A stretch of DNA of 64,000 nucleotides from Candidatus Krumholzibacteriia bacterium (GTDB taxonomy: Bacteria; Krumholzibacteriota; Krumholzibacteriia; LZORAL124-64-63), in assembly GCA_036351155.1 (NCBI GenBank), contig JAZBOO010000163.1:1-64000 (forward strand), written 5' to 3'. The notes under the pieces are model-generated. The model saw nothing but the letters and a program-made list of their open reading frames with translations, searched no databases and was not told the origin of the DNA. The stretch's first letter is position 1. The number at the start of each line of letters is the position of its first letter. Of this stretch, positions 58,230-64,000 are shown one piece after another. The position numbers and the translations under genes were made by a program.

Positions 58230-59690
58230 TTATCTAGCCGGTGTGATGACCACGTCGATGCGCCGGTTCTTCTCGCGGCCTTCCTTGGTCTCGTTGTTCG
58301 CGATGGGGCGGGTTTCGCCATACCCCAGCGAACTCAGGTTCTCCGCGGACAGATTCGAGTTGGCCAGAAGGTACTGAGCCACCGCACTGGCACGAGCCTG
58401 AGACAGCTTCAGGTTGGCCTCCTCGGTTCCGTAGGCATCGGTATGGCCCTCGATGGCCACCTTGGCCTGGGGATACATGGCCAGCGCCTGCTTCACCTTG
58501 GTCAAGATGGCGAAGTGGTCAGGTTCGATCTCGGTCTTCCCCGAGGCGAAGTTCATGCCGACGAGACGAATGACCACATTTCCTTCCTCACGCAGAATCC
58601 GGGCTTCCTCCCGGGTGAACTTCTGCTCCACCTGAGCGAAGCTGCGGCGGGCCATTTCCTGGGCCTCCACCTGAGCCTGCAAGATGGCCTGTGCCTGGGA
58701 AGCTCCACCCAGCTTGGTTTCCAGCTGGGTCACCTGGCCGGTCAGGCCGGTGATGCGCGCATCACGGTCCAGCACTTCACTGCTCAGGCGGTCGACCTCG
58801 GCCTCGCCGGCCTCGATCGACTGCACGATGGCTTCGGTCGGACGGGTGAAGCCTTCCTCGAAGCCCACCTGCAGGTCCAGGGCCCCGGCAATCCGGGTCA
58901 AGGGCTTCTCGGACTCCAGGATGAGCTCCTCACGGGACATGACCCCATCCTCGGTCATCTTGACCAGCTTGGCCACGTGCAGGGAGTGCAGGGCCTCGTA
59001 CTTGGCCTCCATGGCCAGAGAACGGGGCTTGTCGGTGTCGTACCGATTGCTGTTCAGAGCCTTCTCCGCCTCGCTGAGCAGGGACTGCGACCGCGCCAGG
59101 GTCACCGGCGCGTACTTGGCCACCTTCTCCTGCTCGGCCTTGGCCAGCAGCTTGCGGGTCTCATCGAAGAATGACGTCTTGATGGCCGCCAGCTCGGCAT
59201 CCCGATATATCCGCTCACTTTCTGCACCCTTCTTGCGTGCGTCATTGACGTTGCCGTCTTCCAGCTTGCGTCCCGCCTCGGCGAACTTGGCCTCGGCTTC
59301 ACGCCAGAGCAGAGGGGCCCCGTTGGCCGCATCCACCTTGACCGCGTCTTCACGCGCCTTCATGGGCACGGCCAGCGTGACCTTGGCCAGTTCGGTGCCC
59401 TTGACCGCGGAACGGAAATACCGGGCAGCTTCTGTCAGATCCTTCCGGATGTCATCCAGGTTTTTTCCGTCGGCCAGTTTCCGCTCGGCCGAGGAGAAGG
59501 CGTCCATGGCCTTGCCCCAGCTCTTGGGCGTGAGCACGTCGGCCTGAATACTCTTGGCCTGGCTCATGAGCCCTTCGGCTTCGGCGAACAGAGTCGAACG
59601 CAGTTCTTCGGCCACGGCCGTGCCGGTGAGCAGAACAGCGACGATGAGCAGGAGGAAAATCCGGGTGATCCGGGAGCTGGGCAAATTCAT
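58230..59690 (-). CDS. OmpA-family peptidoglycan-binding protein with N-terminal helical repeats
   Basis: Signal peptide; IEGHTD, NLKLSQARA, GYGETRP and NRRIDV motifs. Confidence 0.9.
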   Translation of the reverse strand: MNLPSSRITRIFLLLIVAVLLTGTAVAEELRSTLFAEAEGLMSQAKSIQADVLTPKSWGKAMDAFSSAERKLADGKNLDDIRKDLTEAARYFRSAVKGTELAKVTLAVPMKAREDAVKVDAANGAPLLWREAEAKFAEAGRKLEDGNVNDARKKGAESERIYRDAELAAIKTSFFDETRKLLAKAEQEKVAKYAPVTLARSQSLLSEAEKALNSNRYDTDKPRSLAMEAKYEALHSLHVAKLVKMTEDGVMSREELILESEKPLTRIAGALDLQVGFEEGFTRPTEAIVQSIEAGEAEVDRLSSEVLDRDARITGLTGQVTQLETKLGGASQAQAILQAQVEAQEMARRSFAQVEQKFTREEARILREEGNVVIRLVGMNFASGKTEIEPDHFAILTKVKQALAMYPQAKVAIEGHTDAYGTEEANLKLSQARASAVAQYLLANSNLSAENLSSLGYGETRPIANNETKEGREKNRRIDVVITPAR

Positions 59691-59937
59691 TTCAATCCCC
59701 TATTTCTGGAGAGTTTGGCCGGCCAAAAATGGCCGAACACTATCCTGGCTCCAGTACCAGAAGTTGCGGGTTGATACCTTCAAGTCGGGATCTTGGCAAG
59801 GTATTTTTTGACCCGTGGATCTTGGGTTTTATCTCCCGATTATCAGGGTCCAACTTCCCAAGCTCGCAGTTTTGGTGTAACCTTGGGCCCGGTCAGACTT
59901 TCGCCCTTTTCCCAGTTCAGATTGTTCGGGAGCCAGC

Positions 59938-61083
59938 ATGAATTTCGATTTCAACGAAAACCAGAATATGTTCCGCGACATGGTCCGTGATTTTGCCCGT
60001 CAGGAAATCGCGCCCATCGCCCAGCAGATGGATGAAGAGGCGGCCATGCCCGACTCCCTGGTCGAGAAAATGGCCGCCAACGGCTTCTTCGGCTTGACCT
60101 TTCCCGAGCAATACGGCGGCCTGGGGGTGGACACGGTGACCTACGCGCTGGTGATCGAGGAACTGAGCAAGGCCTCGGCCGGAGTCAGCGTCATGTTGAC
60201 GGTGCACAACAGCGTGGGCTCGTATCCGCTGGCCATGTACGGCAGCGAGGAAGCCAAGCAGGAGTTCCTGCCCCGGATGGCCGCGGGCGAGGTGGCGGCC
60301 TTCTGCATCACAGAGCCCGGTGCCGGGAGCGACGCGGCCTCCCTGTCCAGCACGGCCCGGCGGGACGGCGATCATTACGTACTCAACGGTGAGAAAATTT
60401 ACGTGACCAATGGGGCGCGCGCGGCCTTCTACGTGGTCATGGCCCGCACGCCGGGAACCAGGGGGCACAAGGATATCCACGCCTTCATCGTTCCCAAGGA
60501 CACGGCAGGTCTCAGCGTGGCCAAGAAGGAAGACAAGATGGGCCTGAGGGCCAGCGACACCGTGTCCATCAACCTGGACGAGGTGCGGATCCCTGCGCGC
60601 AACCTGCTGGGGCAGGAGGGCGAGGGCTTCAAGATCGCCATGAGCGCCCTGGACGGAGGGCGCATCGGCATTGCCTTCCAGGCCCTGGGCATCGGCTATG
60701 CCTGTCTGGAAGAGAGTATCAAGTACGCCAGCGTGCGCGAACAGTTCGGCAAGCCCATCGCCAGGCAGCCGGTGATTGCCCACAAGATCGCCAACATGGG
60801 GACCGAGCTGGATGCGGCACGGCTGCTGGGGTTTCATGCCGCCTGGTTGAAGGATTCGGGCCGGCCTCACACCAAGCAGGCGGCCATGGCCAAGGTGGCG
60901 GCCACCGAGGCGGCCTGGCGGGCAGCGGACGAGGCGGTTCAGATTCACGGTGGCTACGGCTACTGCAAGGAATACGCCGTCGAGCGCTACTATCGCGATG
61001 TCAGGGTCACTCGTATCTACGAGGGGACCAGCGAAATCCAGCGGCTGGTGATCGGACGGCAGCTGATGGATGAGTATCTCTAG
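59938..61083 (+). CDS. Acyl-CoA dehydrogenase
   Basis: ITEPGAGSD, KMGLRAS, HGGYGY and [10 protein letters not shown] motifs. Confidence 0.95.
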   Translation: MNFDFNENQNMFRDMVRDFARQEIAPIAQQMDEEAAMPDSLVEKMAANGFFGLTFPEQYGGLGVDTVTYALVIEELSKASAGVSVMLTVHNSVGSYPLAMYGSEEAKQEFLPRMAAGEVAAFCITEPGAGSDAASLSSTARRDGDHYVLNGEKIYVTNGARAAFYVVMARTPGTRGHKDIHAFIVPKDTAGLSVAKKEDKMGLRASDTVSINLDEVRIPARNLLGQEGEGFKIAMSALDGGRIGIAFQALGIGYACLEESIKYASVREQFGKPIARQPVIAHKIANMGTELDAARLLGFHAAWLKDSGRPHTKQAAMAKVAATEAAWRAADEAVQIHGGYGYCKEYAVERYYRDVRVTRIYEGTSEIQRLVIGRQLMDEYL

Positions 61084-61496
61084 ATGAGGTTGACCCGGAA
61101 GATCTGCCACACCCAGGCACCCACGAAGAGAACGGCCGCCAGGATCCTGGCGGCCTTTTTTTCACCGGATGTGAGGTGCAAGCCGCGGCGCAGTCCGGGA
61201 ATCACGGTGGCCGCCGCGCAATAGACTGCCCACACCCCGAAAACCACCAGGCCCACGGCCACCACCGGATTGGCCAGGAAGGCGTCGAGCCAGCGGCCGG
61301 CGGCCAGGCTGGCGGCCGAGTGGGTGCCGCCGCAGGTGGGACACGGCACTCCGGTGATGTCACGCAGGGGACAGTGGGACAGGCCGAAAACCAGCTGGGG
61401 GTAAAGGCGCGAGGCGATGAGCCCGCCGATCAAAAAAAGCAGGATGGGCAAGGCCACCAGGCGGGCCACGGGGGATCGTTCAGGCACCAGGCGCAC
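61080..61496 (-). CDS. DUF2752 membrane protein
   Basis: CPLRDITGVPCPTCGGT...ANP motif. Confidence 0.88.
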   Translation of the reverse strand: MRLVPERSPVARLVALPILLFLIGGLIASRLYPQLVFGLSHCPLRDITGVPCPTCGGTHSAASLAAGRWLDAFLANPVVAVGLVVFGVWAVYCAAATVIPGLRRGLHLTSGEKKAARILAAVLFVGAWVWQIFRVNLI

Positions 61497-61506
61497 TGCG
61501 GTGCCC

Positions 61507-62190
61507 TCAGTTCAGGCCGGCGACCAGGGCCACCACGCTGCCGCCGATGGTCGCCAGGCAGATGATCGTGGGCAACAGGATGGCCAGCACAGCTTTCCAG
61601 GGCTCGATCTCGTGGATGCTGTACAGCCCGACCACCATGACCACCAGGCTCCAGATCAGGGCCAGGAAGGCACCGCACCCGGGAATCATGAGCAGCAGGG
61701 CCGTGGCTTCGCTGTAGGCCGCCACCCGGAAGGTGGCCTCGAAACCCAGGCGATTCCCACCCAGGAGAATGAGCATGAGATGGGTCAATCCCGCCTGGAA
61801 AAACAGTCCCACCGAAACGGTGATGGGGCTGAACAGAAAGTTGAAGAAGCTGAAGATGGGGGCCTTCATGACCTCGGACAGGTCGTCCGAGATGAAGATC
61901 TGCAAGGAGCTGCCCATCAGGGCATACATCCACTGAAAAAACGTGGCCAGCAGGCCCAGGAGGATGGCGAAGAACAGGGGCTGGCCCAGTCCAACCTGGC
62001 TGGGCATGCGGTGGAAGAACTGACCGGGGGACAGGAGGACATCCTTGCAGGTCAGATACAGGGAGTTGAGAAATCCGAAGCGTTCCCGCCGTTCCCAGGG
62101 GGGGAGTTCCAGTCCTTCGGTGGCGGAACTGCCAAAGTGATCCTGGTAGCCGGGGTCGTCTGGTCCGTTGCCGTAGGGGCCGTCGTTCAC
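61507..62190 (-). CDS. Yip1 family membrane protein
   Basis: PPWER, VLLSPGQFF and GFEATFRVAAYS motifs; about 5 TM segments. Confidence 0.82.
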   Translation of the reverse strand: MNDGPYGNGPDDPGYQDHFGSSATEGLELPPWERRERFGFLNSLYLTCKDVLLSPGQFFHRMPSQVGLGQPLFFAILLGLLATFFQWMYALMGSSLQIFISDDLSEVMKAPIFSFFNFLFSPITVSVGLFFQAGLTHLMLILLGGNRLGFEATFRVAAYSEATALLLMIPGCGAFLALIWSLVVMVVGLYSIHEIEPWKAVLAILLPTIICLATIGGSVVALVAGLN

Positions 62191-62325
62191 GTTCTTCTCC
62201 GATGGTGGCGAGCATTCCCGGTCCTGCTCCGGGTATCCTGGGTGCAGGCACTACGTTGCCCACACACAAAACGTTGCAAAAGGGGCCCGGAAAACGTTCC
62301 GGACCCGACAAGATTGCCACATTTT

Positions 62326-62907
62326 CTAGCGGCGGTAAAGGCTCTTCACTCCATCCCAGCTGCGGTCTTCATCCTCGAAATCGCACTGACCGTTGATCAG
62401 GTAGGGGTAGGGGCGGTACTGGCTGTGCAGAGCGGTGGCCATCAGTTCGCCATCGGCCAGCAGCACCGCCGGATAGTCCGGGTCCACCGAGCTGGGCTGG
62501 GTTCCCCGCAAGGCGAAATAAGTGGGGCTGTCGACGGTGCCCAGGTAGAGCATGGTCAGTGTCATCAGCACGGTGGCTTCGCGGGTGTAAGTGGGCGTGC
62601 CGAATCCCACCACGAAATCGTTGCCGCTGCCCACGTTCAGGGCCTGATCGTTGTGGATCTGCTGCCCCACCAGGACCAGGTTGCTGCCGTAGTCCAGGCC
62701 CACCTCGAAGCCAAACAGCTCACCGAAGGTGGGGCGAGTCAGGATGATGTACACAGGAAGCTGGGTGTTCATGCCCACTCCCTCGAGGCAGTCGAGATCG
62801 GCCGACTCGTCAAAATAGGGGCCGATGACATTATCCTGAGGATTGACAACGGCCAGGGCGGGAAGCGCCCAGAACAGGCAGGCGGCGAACAAGAGCAACA
62901 GTTTCAT
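62326..62907 (-). CDS. Secreted hypothetical protein ending in SWDGVKSLYRR
   Basis: From ATG 62907: MKLLLLFAACLFWALPALA signal peptide, then a beta-rich body. Confidence 0.72.
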   Translation of the reverse strand: MKLLLLFAACLFWALPALAVVNPQDNVIGPYFDESADLDCLEGVGMNTQLPVYIILTRPTFGELFGFEVGLDYGSNLVLVGQQIHNDQALNVGSGNDFVVGFGTPTYTREATVLMTLTMLYLGTVDSPTYFALRGTQPSSVDPDYPAVLLADGELMATALHSQYRPYPYLINGQCDFEDEDRSWDGVKSLYRR

Positions 62908-63048
62908 GACGGGACCCCATTTTTCATGACCGAAATATCGGGCTTGAGCGAGCGAATAGGGGATGTTTTGGCAGCTCATGCGTCCTGCAGGGTGTCCCGG
63001 GCGGCTGATTCTCTGAAGATAAGGAAAACAGCCGATCAAAACCACAGC

Positions 63049-64000
63049 TCAGTACTGGAGCTGGTCTTTTTCCCCCTCCCTGGCTGCGATCACCACGGCG
63101 CCGCAGCTGTCGCTCCAGACATTCACCGCGGTTCGGCACATGTCCAGGATGGGGTCGATGGCCAGGATCAAGGCGATGCCTTCCAGGGGCAGACCCACCG
63201 CATCGAGGATGATGGAGATCATGACCAGCCCCGCCGCGGGAATGCCCGCCGCCCCGATGCTGGCCAGCAGGGCCGTCAACACCACCAGGAACTGGGCGCC
63301 CACTCCCAGCTCAACGCCGTAAGCCTGGGCGATGAACAGGGCGGCCACACATTCGTACAGTGCCGTGCCGTCCATGTTGACCGTCGCGCCCAGCGGCAGC
63401 ACGAAGCTGGTCACACGGTTGCTCACGCCGGCCCCGTTCTCCACGCGGTCCATGGTCAGGGGCAGGGTGGCTGAACTGCTGCGGGTGGAAAAGGCCGTCA
63501 GCAGGGCGGGCAGCATGTTCTGGGCGTGCTTGAGAGGACTCAAACCCCCGATGAGTCGGACCAGGAGGGGAAGCACGATGGCGGCATGAATGACCAGGGC
63601 GATCAAAACCGTCAGGCCATACTTGGCCAGTGGGGCGAAGGCGGCAAAACCGCTGCTGGCCGTGATCTTGGCCATGAGGCCAAAAATACCCACCGGAGCG
63701 GTGGCGATGACCCAGCCGGTGATCTTCATCATCACCGCAAACAGGGATTCCCAGAACCGAGCCTGGGGGACGGCCAGCTCCTCTGTCAGCTTGGTGATGC
63801 CGATCCCGAACAGCAGGCAGAAGAAGATCAACGGCAGCATCTGTCCATCGGCGGCCGCCGCCACGGGGTTGGAGGGCACCATGCGCTGGATGATCCCCAC
63901 CAGATCGCCGGTCCCTTTGCCTTCCAGCTGGGCGGCCAGTTCCGGCGGCGGAGCCTGCAGGCCCATGCGCTCACCCACAGCTTCCCCGCCGATGATTCCC
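63049..64000 (-). CDS. Dicarboxylate/amino acid:cation symporter (DAACS), 3' part
   Basis: AFSTRSSSATLP, PLGATVNMDGTALY, ASIGAAGIP and DMCRTAVNVWSD motifs; the 5' end lies beyond the window. Confidence 0.93.
   Translation of the reverse strand, partial: GIIGGEAVGERMGLQAPPPELAAQLEGKGTGDLVGIIQRMVPSNPVAAAADGQMLPLIFFCLLFGIGITKLTEELAVPQARFWESLFAVMMKITGWVIATAPVGIFGLMAKITASSGFAAFAPLAKYGLTVLIALVIHAAIVLPLLVRLIGGLSPLKHAQNMLPALLTAFSTRSSSATLPLTMDRVENGAGVSNRVTSFVLPLGATVNMDGTALYECVAALFIAQAYGVELGVGAQFLVVLTALLASIGAAGIPAAGLVMISIILDAVGLPLEGIALILAIDPILDMCRTAVNVWSDSCGAVVIAAREGEKDQLQY

Noticed and set aside
48133..61083. Near-identical DNA patches among three loci (e.g. AAGGAAGACAAG..GGGC)
   Set aside because: Conserved motifs of paralogous acyl-CoA dehydrogenases, not mobile repeats
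62940..63040. Possible c-di-GMP-I riboswitch on the minus strand (GGACGCATGAGC)
   Set aside because: Only a partial match; the GGCAAAC/GNRA P2 elements are absent

Overview
High-GC (roughly 60-65% by eye) chromosomal window from a diderm bacterium. Lineage is inferred as FCB superphylum, possibly Krumholzibacteriota/Latescibacterota-like, from a T9SS/FlgD-type C-terminal domain and 'S-W/L-x-x-V/L-K-S-L-Y-R' C-termini. I saw no mobile elements, rRNA, tRNA or CRISPR. Layout: (1) 1-7.7 kb, a phosphorus-species uptake locus: divergent PhnD-like binding protein; sigma54 promoter with tandem palindromic enhancer sites; CYTH triphosphatase, DASS symporter, membrane accessory protein, DUF47, PiT, OprO/P porin, second CYTH-like protein. 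(2) rnpB-recJ-rel-dtd-maf-mtnA. (3) rplM-rpsI-rpsB-tsf-pyrH-frr-uppS-cdsA-dxr-rseP. (4) TamA-like/TamB-pcrA. (5) A secreted M1 peptidase, a PAS histidine kinase with a REC-HD-GYP partner, and an LTA4H-like M1 peptidase. (6) DUF485-actP, divergent from a membrane Cache-PAS-DUF294 nucleotidyltransferase that is translationally coupled to a metallophosphoesterase. (7) Acyl-CoA dehydrogenase/thiolase/hbd cluster, RRM protein, tcdA, M14 peptidase, Fe-SOD, OmpA protein, a third acyl-CoA dehydrogenase, DUF2752/Yip1 and a DAACS symporter. Best candidates for novelty: the receptor nucleotidyltransferase/phosphoesterase pair beside actP, the sigma54-driven condensed-phosphate uptake locus, and a shared C-terminal sorting-like motif. 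All family calls come from motif recognition; no database searches were run.
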